64,000 nt of DNA. It comes from Balanoglossus misakiensis (Eukaryota > Animalia > Hemichordata). A program made the position numbers and the translations under genes. Positions 44,986 to 57,161 of the stretch are shown here, piece after piece (the stretch's first letter is position 1; each line of letters opens with the position of its first letter). The notes under the pieces were generated by a model. The model worked only from the letters and a program-made list of their open reading frames with translations. It was not told the DNA's origin and searched no databases. The stretch is taken from assembly GCA_040954595.2 (NCBI GenBank), contig CM082576.2, positions 5,554,760 to 5,618,759 on the forward strand, given 5' to 3'.

Positions 44986-47900
44986 ATGGCATCGACGTCG
45001 GCAACTTGTTCAGAATATGGTTCATGGAAGTCACCAATAACAAGCGCTTTGGTGACGCAGGGAGGTGTAGGTCTTGGCTACGATTCATTTGCACAGACCG
45101 ACAGCGCTGGCCAAGAATATGCAGGTGAGAAATGCCTGAGGTTTACTGCATGCTTTGGATCTCTTGCCAGGCGAGCGGACCTTGGACTGTACCATTCTCT
45201 GGTGGCGTAGGTTAGCACTAGGGTTAGCGTTAGGGTATTGATATGACCATTACCTCGAAATCATGTTGAAATTAATACTGTGATGAGACTATGACTTAAA
45301 ATAAAATAAAATGAATAAAATGGGGACCGGGAGTCAACCGGCTGGATTGTTGAGAAAAGCGCCCTCTATCGAGCACCTCGTAGATCCTTTTTCACCATTA
45401 TAAAATCTAAACTTTTAAAAGTGAATAATTTATTTTTAGCAATTTTGATGATTTATTTTGTTCAGTATGATAATCGCATATCAATACCACTCTTAAATTA
45501 AACACAGAATATACTAAAAATCCACTTTTTATTACTGTAGTGGCAATGGCATTTTGTGACATTTTATGTCTGACGTACTTGCTGTTCTATCCAAGGAGTG
45601 AAATAAAATTGATTAATATAGCCTAAATTCTAAGTTATTGTTTCACTCTGTTGTCCATGAATTGACTCAAGCAATACTGCATGGTTCTACTTAATTTAGA
45701 TATTGCATATTGGACTGAATCCAGAACAGCTGAGGCTGGTCGTGTCGTGATATGTTCCCAGCGGCTTGGTGCCGATAAATTTGAACTGTGGACTCCCAAG
45801 GGATTCAATGTGCGTAGCCGGTGTCATGAGTATGGAGGAGGGCCCTATTTCGTTCATGGGGGTTCGGTGTATTTCTCTAATTTTGACGACAACAGAATGT
45901 ACATGCAGAAATCCCCAGGCAGCGAACCAGTGGCTGTAACTCCTGCAGACTGTGGATGGAGATATGCGGATGGAGAATTCTCTGCCAAGGTAATAATTAG
46001 ACTCAGGTTGAAACATGGTGAACCATGGTGAACATACATGGATATAACCATGGTCAAACATGATTGACCATGCTTGGGGGAGGGATTCTTGCTTGCCCAA
46101 AGTTGGCAACTCACACACTGGATGTTGTGGCCGCATGCATGCACCTGAAGTCCTATGACTGTAGATTGGTCACAAAGCAAAAAATTTTTAGTGAACATGT
46201 GGTGGCCGTAGCTGCTTCTGCCAATTGATCATTCCAGAAATGACATATTCAGTGAACATTTCCCCCATTCTGCAACTTCTCTGAACAGCTGAATTGTGTT
46301 GTGTGTGTGAGAGAAGACCACAGTGGAATTGAGAGTGGTAAGACGAAGGAAGCAGTCAACACTATTGTTATGATAAAGTCTGACACTCAAGAACAAAAAG
46401 TTATGGTAAGGATGTACATAAAAACCACTTTCTTCATATTTTCATGTCAATTAATTTGCATCCCAGTCCAGTACCGTCAGTGCATAACAATTGTATATAT
46501 ACACAGGAACTGTGATATCCATGATGACTTATTTTTCAGGTTACGGGAGCTGATTTTTATGCAAGTCCTAGGGTGTCTCCAAATGGCACAACTTTATGCT
46601 GGATTCAGTGGAATCACCCTAACATGGTAGGTCAGTCTTAAATTTGACCTCTGAAGTAACTTAAAATAAACATTGGAACAGTAAACCACTTTGGAAAAAA
46701 ATGTACTTTTGTTATCACATTTCACATGGTTTTGTGTGTGCCACTGTGCACTCTACTTGCAGGTTTTAGAAACTGTAATTTTAAATATTATTTATAGCAG
46801 CATTATTTTTGTTTTGTGTCTTGTCTACAGCCGTGGGATAACACAGAGCTGTGGACAGCTGAAATCACATCAGATGGAATAATAGAAGGATCCAAGAAAC
46901 AGGTAATAAGGCTGCCAGGAAATGTAAATTTTACCTCATCAATTATGTCTCAGATATATTACTCCAAAATGGTCCAATAAGAAGTCAGTTGATTCACAAA
47001 GAGAACGGTGTTATTCTCTTTGTTTGTGTCGACTGAAATTTATTAAAAAGGGGGATGGCTGAGAAACAGAATTCACTTGGCTAATGTCAACTTTCTTTGT
47101 TGAATTTTGTTTAACTCTTTTTGAACACATCTTTTGACAAAGTATCAGGATTTGCAAACGAAATGAGGTATATTATATTCATTGTGATACCAGCCTACTG
47201 CTACAGTGGTATGTATACTGATATATACTGATAGCATTGGTAACTTCAGGCTCAAAGACGTTCTTCACTCAATCCCACTGTAGGTAGAACTTGGTGAAGT
47301 CAGTGTCATGATACCACGGTGGTCGCCCAGTGGTGAGCTGTTCTTCATATGTGACAAGACCGACTGGTGGAATCTGTATCGCATTACAGCAGATGGAACA
47401 CATGAAGCAATAGCACCGCAAGAGAAAGAGATTGGGGCTGCACAGTGGATGTTTGGTACTCAAGCTTATGACTTTGACCCGCAGGGTAGCGGAAAGGTGG
47501 CAATTACTTATGGTGGGGTAAGATGTACTGTGAACCTTGGTCATGTAAACCAAAAATTGGGCAAATCATTTGTGAATCAAATTGGCCTTGTTCTCCCTTC
47601 CCTATGTAGGCAATGATAACAATATTGATGTTGCATTTTCAGGAATTGGCCATCTTTGATCTGAATACCAAGGAGGAAAGTAAACTGGAAACTGGTTTCA
47701 CCTCCCATGAAGCATTGGCCTATTCCTATGATGGCTACATCTATTGTCGAGCTGGTAGCCCAGTCAGATTCAAGTGTATTATCAGGGTGAATACTCGGAC
47801 AGGAAAGGTATGCTGTCTATTCTTTGTATTAGGTGATATAAACAAGTAAAAATCATGTGATTTTTATCTGCCGAATCAATATTTCTGGCACAAGTACCGG

Positions 47901-50518
47901 TAAATCTCACCACTTTGAGAAACATTGTTTTCTACTGAACTCTGTAGACTGACATATTGCGTGAGTCCAGGGCGATGGATATTGATGAGGGATATCTGTC
48001 GACTGCACAACCGATCACTTTCCCGACTGCTGATGATAGTGTGGCCCATGGATTCTACTATCCACCAAAGGTGAGAGAGCATAGACTGGTGTTGTTGCTA
48101 TAACAACCCTAACATACCATATTTGTAGCTAATTCTTCGACATGTTAATTTGAAATGATTGGTTTACCTGCTCAGAATGGTGTTGTTGTTTACAAAGGTT
48201 GCTCATTTGAATGTCCTCAAGCTTGTTGGGTTGCAGTGCCCTTTTCTTTCTGATAATGCGAGTTCGCAGCATGTTTCGAATAATTAAATACAATGGCAAT
48301 TAAGATACAGGCAGTGTAAATGTGTTGCATTGGTGGTTGGAACTTAACAGAATATTAAGAAATTTTTGCAGAATTCTTCCCACAGTTTCTTCGTGTAAAC
48401 ATGCAACCAATAATGACACTTTGGTTGAATACAGAACAAAGACTTCAGCGCTCCAGAAGGAAGCCTACCCCCTCTATTGGTTCAGATTCACGGAGGTCCT
48501 ACAGCAGCCTGCACATCTGATTTGTCCTTAAAGTATCAGTACTTCACCAGTCGTGGGTTCGCTCTTTTCGATGTCAACTACAGGGGTAGCACAGAATATG
48601 GAACCAAGTACAGAAACCTTCTGAGGGGCAAGTATGTATCTTGTATTGATTTGTGTTGTATTACACGTATAATGTACTGTTTCAGTATCAAGTGAATAAT
48701 TTAATAGAAAACCACATTGTGTTTGCTTCTGTGTACTAAGAGTAGTTTGTTTTCTTTTTTCACTTAGCTGGGGAATTCATGACATAGAAGACAGTTGCCA
48801 TGGTGCTTTGTATCTTGCCAATGAAGCCAAGAAGGTTGATGCCAAAAAGTTGGCCATCTCAGGGGGTTCTGCAGGAGGATATACAACATTGGCGTGTCTG
48901 GCCTTCAAAGATGTCTTCAGTGCTGGTAAGAGTCTTAATTTTAGTGGTGTTGATCACGGTCACACCACAATATCTGATAAATATGTAATTTGAAATGCCT
49001 AAAGTTGTTTGTCTCAGATCATGAGGTAAGAGCAATATTGTGAGCAGCATATTAAACTAGTAAGAATAATTACCGGGTATTAAGTTTCTGGCTTTCTCAG
49101 GGGCAAATCTCATACCCAAAACATGGCAGCCTCTAAAAGTCCAAGAAAATTTTAGAATAGTCCTTCTGTAACTATGGAGAATCCTTGTATTGTTTCATTT
49201 ATAGGTGTCAGTCATTATGGTGTCAGCGACCTGGAAGCTCTTGCCAAAGAGACACACAAATTTGAGAGCCGCTATCTGGATTCCATGATTGGACGATATC
49301 CAGAAGACAAGCAAGTGTATATTGACCGTTCTCCCATCCATTCTGCCGACAAAATCAGTGTTCCTGTGGCTTTCTTCCAAGGAGAAGATGATAAGGTGAA
49401 ATCTGGTGTTGATCCCTGGCTAACAGAATTCGGATTTTTTTAGATACTGTACGTTTGTTTAGTCCATTCCTAAAGAGTGGGCATTTGTTGCCAGTGTAAA
49501 CCAAACAGAATACCAAGAAGCATCATACAAATCAGATCATGCTCAGCTTTGGGCAAAATTCCTCAACTAAACTGAGACCTAGATCTGTACAAGACGACTT
49601 CAGTTGTGTATGTGTGTATATGTGTAACTGAAAGATAGCAACCGTAGGATACAAGAGCCACTTTAATGGTCAATATTCTATAATAATATATTTTATGTCC
49701 ATAATTTTCATAAAAATTTGTCATCTTTCTTTTTGACAGATTGTTCTGCCAAACCAAGCTGAAGACATGTACAAATCTGTCAAATCAAAAGGACTGCCCA
49801 CCGCGTATGTGCTTTTCCCAGGTAAAAACTGAGCATCGTCTACATGAATTATCATTCACAGAAACATGTGTTATCAACAATTGATTTCACCAAGAATACA
49901 TTGGTAGAGTTCCATGGTGACCCTAACTCCATATTGCAGTAGTTTTTATATCTTATCATAATTACCTTTTTTTCTCTTTCAAAGATTATTACAGTACAGT
50001 GGAAGCTAGCGTAGAGGCCAACAATAATCACTTGGTCAAAAATGATGTAAGGAATGGCAATGGAAAATGTGAAAAGGAAACTTAATTATTCTTTTCTTTG
50101 GCTGTAGGTGAAGGGCATGGCTTTCGCAAGTCTGAAAACATTCAGGCATGTTTGGATGGAGAGTTCTATTTCTACAGCAAGGCATTTGGATTTGAGCCAG
50201 CAGAGATACCATACAAGGTGGGTCAATCCTATATCCTTCATTTTCAAAAATTGACAAGTCACACTCAGAGAACCCAGATTTCCTGGGTTTCTTCCCAGGA
50301 GTCTGTTGTTAACATTCAAATTCACAGCAGGCAGCCATCCCTCCATGATGATGATGGATGCTCTTAGAACCACTATAATGCTGATGATTGCAAAGTCATT
50401 ACATCTTGAGTTGATAATTATGTAAAACCACTACCTGCTGCTTAATTTTCACCAAAGGCAAACTGTTAATTTGCTTTACTGTATCTTTTCTTTTCAGATG
50501 GACATAGACAACTTGTAG
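44986..50518 (+). CDS. Prolyl oligopeptidase family (S9) dipeptidyl-aminopeptidase/acylaminoacyl-peptidase-like protein, 14 exons, about 661 aa
   Basis: N-terminal YGSWKSPIT; [11 protein letters not shown]; [12 protein letters not shown]; HGGPT; [11 protein letters not shown]; catalytic GGSAGG (Ser), QGEDDKIV (Asp) and GEGHGF (His); ends MDIDNL*. All GT-AG exons are in frame. Confidence 0.93.
45157..45387. mobile_element. Probable short non-autonomous DNA element in peptidase intron 1
   Basis: Short terminal inverted repeats GGATCT...AGATCC with TTT on both sides, GC-rich ends and internal degenerate GGTTAG/TTAGGG units (45210-45235). Confidence 0.45.
46008..46076. repeat. Degenerate (A)CCATGGT/CATG low-complexity tandem repeat
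   Basis: The sequence aacatggtgaaccatggtgaacatacatggatataaccatggtcaaacatgattgaccatg contains six CATG cores in about 60 nt. Confidence 0.55.
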
Positions 50519-51199
50519 TGCAGAACACATATGCATTTATGTCAACAGAAATTTTCTTTGATGATGGAACTAATGATACTCTGGGAAGAGATGACATCAT
50601 GAGCAAATGCGCACAACTGAACATAGTTACAGCACAAAAAGTAATTGCCTTCAATAGTGAGATGTATATTGATCAATAAGTGGTGGCATTTGTAACACTT
50701 AATGGCAATTAATACTTGATTGTTTTTCAAACTTGGTCTGTAACGGGTTCTTTGTTCATGGTCATTAATAAATATAATTACACACTACACATGCAAGCAG
50801 GGTACTTCTACTTGTTTTACTGTGTGCAACAATACTTTGTCTGGTCTTATGTTTGCCCCGATTGTGGCCTTATTATGACTAAATATTGCCCTGATACAGA
50901 GATATGCTGTGGTAATATTGCTTGCAAAATTCTAGCATATGCACTTAATCAAGACAAATGATTTGCAAATGAAAAATGCCCATCAATTTAGTTGCGTACA
51001 TCCAGGTTGATGGGATGAGTAAGTGCATGGAATGAACAGTGTGTCACCTGAAATGAACTTTGTGATACAGGTGTATCCCTCGTGTTTTGCCAGCTGAAAT
51101 TACGCTCACACTAGTACGGTAATTCATTTGAATTCCTTGCATGTTTTTTGCTCACAACAGTGCCAATATTCACTGCAATACGGTATGTCAGTCAAGGTT

Positions 51200-51370
51200 T
51201 TGCCTGGTTTACGGAGTAGGGAGTCGTGTCCATGGGTACGAGGTCAAAGGTTACTTCGGGTCAGCGAAGGCTGCTGGCGAATCACGTTGTTTATACTGAC
51301 GCTTATAATCGAAGACAAGAAGGCGTCCAGCTACGCTTCTTCGACATTTCACTGCTGTGTAAGATGACAG
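51200..51370 (+). promoter_or_regulatory. CpG-rich promoter/first-exon-like region, probably driving DMAC1 or a non-coding transcript
   Basis: DR1 element AGGTCA-A-AGGTTA (51241-51253), local CpG enrichment and candidate donors GTAAGA (51359) and GTGATG (51371). Confidence 0.5.
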
Positions 51371-51620
51371 GTGATGTTTTCGAATGTTATTTTGAGAGAT
51401 TTATCTCCCAAATCGTTTATTTATAGCAACATTTCATCACATGATATATACTGTTCCATGGGTATGCCTTTTCTCATTTACACGTATCATTTGCTTACAG
51501 TTAGAAGTTATTCATGCTCTTCTCCCAATTCAATCATAAATTCTTGAAAGGGTCGGTGAGAATTGTTACGATCGGATCAAGTCACTACTCCCATGTCATG
51601 AGCTGATTTTCAAAGATTGC

Positions 51621-51690
51621 TCTATAGACGGAAAATCCGTCGTTGGGGGCGCCCCTGTGCAGGGAGCGCCCTCGAAAACCCTGGATATTA
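51621..51690. mobile_element. Tandem GC-rich hairpins, possibly a remnant Helitron/HINE terminal module
   Basis: GACGGA-AAA-TCCGTC (51627-51641) followed by GGGGGCGC-CCCT-GTGC-AGGG-A-GCGCCCTC (51645-51673), set in AT-rich DNA. Confidence 0.35.
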
Positions 51691-54600
51691 TATTAATAAT
51701 GCACCAGGTGAAGATTTCCATGTTTTATGTGACCTCTTGATTTTACATGAAAGCTTTTGAAAGTGAAATAGCCCCCTCAGTGACAGCAAAATCCCTGTAG
51801 CACATATGAGAGTAATAAAACTTGGCATGATATATTTTCAAACTTGACATACTTCGTTATTTTAAGTAAGTTACGTGATTTAGTTACATATTTTTATATG
51901 TACCGGTACATGTTTCATGCAGATAGTTGTAAAGAAAGCTTAATTGAAGTTTAAAAGTTTTGATTGATAATAAACAACTTGACTGAGTGGAATGTGTTTT
52001 TTTATCCCACCTCTGTAGTCTATACTGTGTATACTGTGCATGTATGAACATGCAGTTAAAGTCGTGACCCGGCCAACGGTTACCAAAAGGATGTCTGGAT
52101 TAAATGTTTGGCAAAACACCATGGGAACATGGTCCACATTTGACCTTCAGACAGTATGCGCGCACCTAAATAGGTCGTTGTTCCATTTGTAATGCGAACT
52201 CCTACAGTACAGCTCAACCTTGACCTTCTTTTTTGAAGAAATAGTCTCTATTAACCTACTTCTATCTGGATCAGCATTCCCATAGTCTGCGATTAAAGAA
52301 TTCTCAAAGATAGCAACTGAATTGAGAATCTGTTTTATGATACAGAGAGGCAACTATACCAAACCAAAAACTGAGAGTTGAAGATAGAATGGACACAAAA
52401 TGTATGTGATACAGTCATTCCTTTCATGCATATGTATATACACACTAACACAGCGGAGAAGCGACATCAAAGAGAATCATCGACAAACTATTTTTATACC
52501 CGTTAAACCAAAGGCATTTTATCATGAACTCCGAGTCATGATCGACAGCTAGTCTGCAGATCTGCCTGTTATGTTTGCTTGGCCTTGGAGATCAAGGTTA
52601 CTATGAATCAATTAACATAAACCAAGATATGTAGAGGGCCACGTCTGCTGTCAGGATGAAGCAGATATCAACATGAATAGAATGAAGGAATGTCCATGCA
52701 CTAGATACTGGGCATGCTCAGAGATGATCATGTTAGGTTTGTATGTAGGTGGAGACAGTAATTACTTACACTGCTGATACATGTTTGTGCGGAAAACACT
52801 GAGGATTTTTATACTGAAATATTCTTTATATTTTCAATAAAAAAACTGCTTTGTATATGTGTAACAGCTTGTGTGTTACTAGTACATGTATGTGTATAGT
52901 CTATGCAGCTATATTTCAGTAGTCATGAAATTACAGATCACCAAGAATATTGACAAATTTTAATAAACATGCTATGCATGCATATACATGTATATATATA
53001 TGTGATCATTGTGTTTATACATTTAATTTTTAGGATTTATGGAAGTAATATTTTAATATGAAAAAAGTTCAGCTAGTCTCTGTTAATGAACTGTTCATTT
53101 GCATGTAAAGACAGGGAATATATATGAAGGATGTGTAAATTGCAGGTCAACTCCTGAGTGACATCATCTGGCACTTAGAAACTTGTGTTCTGCACTTTAT
53201 TAAAAATTTAGTGAAATCCCTGAACCTGAAAATATTGTGCTATGCTTGACTGGTCAATGAGAATTATACATAGAAAATAAGCATGGTTGATTTGACAAGA
53301 AGTAAAAGCATTGTCTGTGTTAGATGGTACGTACTGTATACACCTTTGAAAGGTTGACTACTTCATATGAAGTCACACTGTTTAAACTATTAGAAGCGCG
53401 CCCATTAGACAGCTAGATTATGTTGGCTCTACACATGTGTTAACAGAAGGCTAGTTCAAAATAACAAATAACCAATGTTGCCACTCACTACATTTATGTG
53501 TATGTTAGGCCAGAGCTGGACTAGTTTGGTGTGTATATGGAGGGAGTTTAGACTATTCTAAAATTAAGTCTTTCAGCCTTATTCATACAAGTCACAGAGA
53601 GAATGTGTATAAGCATAAACATTTTTAGCAATCAAGCAATAGAGTTACATGGTATTTTTAGTGATGATCAAGCTGCAAATAAAAATTCCTGCTTTGTGTT
53701 GACATACTTTAATAGCAGTCTAGATTAATGCACAGTATTATAGTAGTGTTTTATATTTGCATATTGATTGGTATGGTATTTTTATCTTTGATGCTTGCAT
53801 ACCTGAGAGAATCCTATTTCATTTCTGCAAATGATAATTTGACCCAACATTTTATAAGTTTTAAAATTTTTAAAAATAGATTACACCATAGACCCTAGAG
53901 TCTATGATTACACATACGTTGGGACATTTACAGTCATCTGAAACACTCTTTTCTGTATTATAATTTAAATGCAACATGTGTACTTAAAGACATGTGATGC
54001 ATGAATGAGCATTATAAACAGAAGACCCAAAAAGGGCAATTTCCAATTATAAACCAAAGAGATCTCCTTGAGCAATAATGCATGATATTCAATTATTTCT
54101 CTAAAAGCAGCACTCCCATACACAATTTGTTGATTATGCGGGCATTAAAGCTAGAGGATGAAGACAGTGGCATATTGAATGTTGAAATATTCGCTTTCTG
54201 AAGAGCCAACCTTTGGCATTGACATAATACTTTTGCTATCAAGTGAGATAGCTTGAAGCCTGAAGGACGCGTGTTTGAATATTCTGTTTGTAGCTGGTCG
54301 TAGAACAAACAGAACAGAGGCCACTGGCTTGTGTACATGAATTACTGCAGGTTCTTTGGGTTAGACTGCCATGCCTCTCAGCAAATAGAACACATGGTCA
54401 CAGGCATTACATGCACAGATTGGATGCCTTTGAGTGTAGACTATGTACAAAGAAATTAACCATTTTTTTCCATGGTTTGCACGTAATTTGATAGCCCCCA
54501 CACTGTGAGTTGAACAAATTTTACAAAGTGAGAGTGCCACTTTAACAAATTTCTAAAATAGTTGTGTTGTAAATCCCTGATCAAATATATGCAGTCCAGT

Positions 54601-55041
54601 TTCAGTGTTTGGTAAATCAGTGATGCAGAAAACAACAGAAAAAAAAATGGGCAAACTAAGTAGCTGAACAGTTTTGAGGACACGTACTCGCTCTGTCTGG
54701 AACTAACAGTCAGTCAAACCAGTATTTTGCTATCTGTGACAGAAATCTCTCAAAATTGTTTATCCCTTTTGAATTATCTTCAGTTTGCAGCCAAGTATAA
54801 AAAGCAGCTACCCTTGACTGGGTGCTGATTATCGTAATTGTATGAAAGACAATACCATAACAGAAGAAATATGATAGCGGCCAATAATGGTTGAAACTAC
54901 TAACTACTTGTAGATTTATTCAGTGAGTTGGGACTTAAGATCAGAAAATCTCGTAAAATGCTGTATATAAATGTCATTTGCAAAGAGCATGCTGGGAAGA
55001 CAATGACTCCATTCGTCTTTCAACTTTTTGTTTCTGTAGTG

Positions 55042-57161
55042 ATGGATAAAACTGCGGGTGGTGCAACTCCGCCCGGTGCAGACACAACGCAGAAACCTGA
55101 CGCCCAAGGGTCACTGTCCTCCAAAGAAGACTGTCTGGAATGCAGACTGGTCGGTGGTTTTTGCTTGTATGGCATCGCAGGGTACGTCATGTACTCTGGT
55201 AGGGCCGCCAAGACTGGCCAGTTGGCAAGGACCGTGTTTGCAACAGGTAAAATAATGAGTTTTTTGTCACTTGTATTCAGATTTTCGTCTGATGCTGGTG
55301 GATATTTGGATGACCTAATAAAAGACCAATTATTCGACAACCGAAAAAGAAAAGAAAAACAGTTTTATAAATGACCAAACTCCTGTTTTGGCTACAGGTG
55401 ATGATGACATATCAGTCAGTGATTGTCAGGCCTCATGCACACGTGGGCCGAAATTGTCAGATCACTTTTGTAGGCTACGGTCAGTGGCCTTACCTTGACC
55501 AGTGTTGTAAGAGTCAGACTACTCATTCATCATTCTTATTTATTTAATACTGTCCGCAGGGGCACAAGTGGCATATGCCATATATTACTCCAAATCTTTC
55601 TTTTCAATTGATTTTTCAAACCTAGCTGCCAGCAATTGGCTTAATTGAACACAAAGTACTGATCCTGCATTGTGACATTTGCTTGGATGACCCATGTACT
55701 CTTAGTACCTCTATGGATGACCATATATAGTGTTTAACTTACATGTACTGGCATTTAGAAAGAAAAAAAAACTGTATCACGTACTGTCTGATTGACAATT
55801 GCAAAGCTCATTGGATTTCTGTTAGGCAGTCGACAGACAATGATCAATGGACATTGGAATAATAAAACACAATTAAACAGCTTTTGTCACATGAACAGAG
55901 GAGAATACCTGTACCCTTTTATGTTGGTCTATAGTTTTCAGAATTTAAAATAGATCTTCCCCTGACAGATGTAAATTTTGCAATCAATTGTTAGTAGTTG
56001 TGCTGTAGTACGTTTTATGCTGTTAGACCATTCTTCTTGTTACTGGGGCAACCATTGTAAACTGGTGAGTAGACTCTTGCAATGCACCAGATTTAGGGCA
56101 TTGAAATGCCTGTTACAAAAAGCATACAGTAGACTGTCTATGCAAAAAGCAACACATTTCATTGTTTGCTTTGAGCACAATTTTGAATGCAACTCTTTAC
56201 TTAGCAACCCAGTGATGTCATCAAGTAGGCAGGTCAGAGTTCACAAGAGTGTAAAGACAGTGGGAAAAACTTATGAATAAAACCAAAGAAGTGAAATGCT
56301 TTGTCTGTCAGTCAGTACAAAGTAAAATGCTTGATTGTAGAAGATGCAGCCTCTAGGCTTTTTGAGGCTGGGCATATTCAATTTGTGACAAAAGTGAGTT
56401 TGGTGGAGGTCAGACAAGTCAAACCCTTGATGCATGTCATGTACAGAGCTGAGACGATATTCAAGTAGCAGTAAAGCTTTAACTGAAAATTGTATCCGCA
56501 TTTTGGGATCCTGATCGTAAAATATACAAGATATTTTTGTAACTCGCTGACTATATTTACTTTATTCTGTATCTGCATTTACGAATACATTTCTGTAACT
56601 CACATTATAATGTTGATTTGTCAGCTCTTGAAAATATTGCATGTCTACAACAAGCCTGTGTGGCTCTGAATTTGTCGGATATTAAACCATATGATTTGTT
56701 CAGCTTTCTAGTGAGATCATGTTGCATTACATTATTACCTTGCAATTCTATATCACTGGTATTGTTCTGGAAGTGAGCTTGCTCAGTGTTCAGTCCCGAT
56801 TTTTTTTAAACTGTGGAAACCCTGAAAAATACCACGTACCAGATTATTGTATTTTCACTATGAATGTACCATGTTGTATTTGTGAAATTGTATACCCCAG
56901 ACCTTTGGTCTTTCCAGTAACCATACTACCAGACAATTGTTGTTTGTGCCAATGTTTGCACATAAAAGGTGTGGTTGCAAAAAGTTAGAGGAACAGGAAA
57001 AAAAAAACTGGTTGAGGCTGGGCCTGTAAACAGCAACTTGGTCTCATGTCCTGATTGAAATTCACGACTTTTTACATTGCCTGTCTCTTCTATTTGCAGG
57101 ATTGATTTTCCTTGGAAGTGCAAGGTTAATGGGATTGCACTTATTTTCCTCAAAAAGATAA
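55042..57161 (+). CDS. DMAC1: Distal membrane-arm assembly component 1 (TMEM261-like complex I assembly factor), exons 55042-55246 and 57100-57161; 88 aa
   Basis: The EDCLECRLVGG CxxC motif is followed by two hydrophobic segments. The phase-1 join gives ARTVFATGLIFLGSARLMGLHLFSSKR*. Confidence 0.8.
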
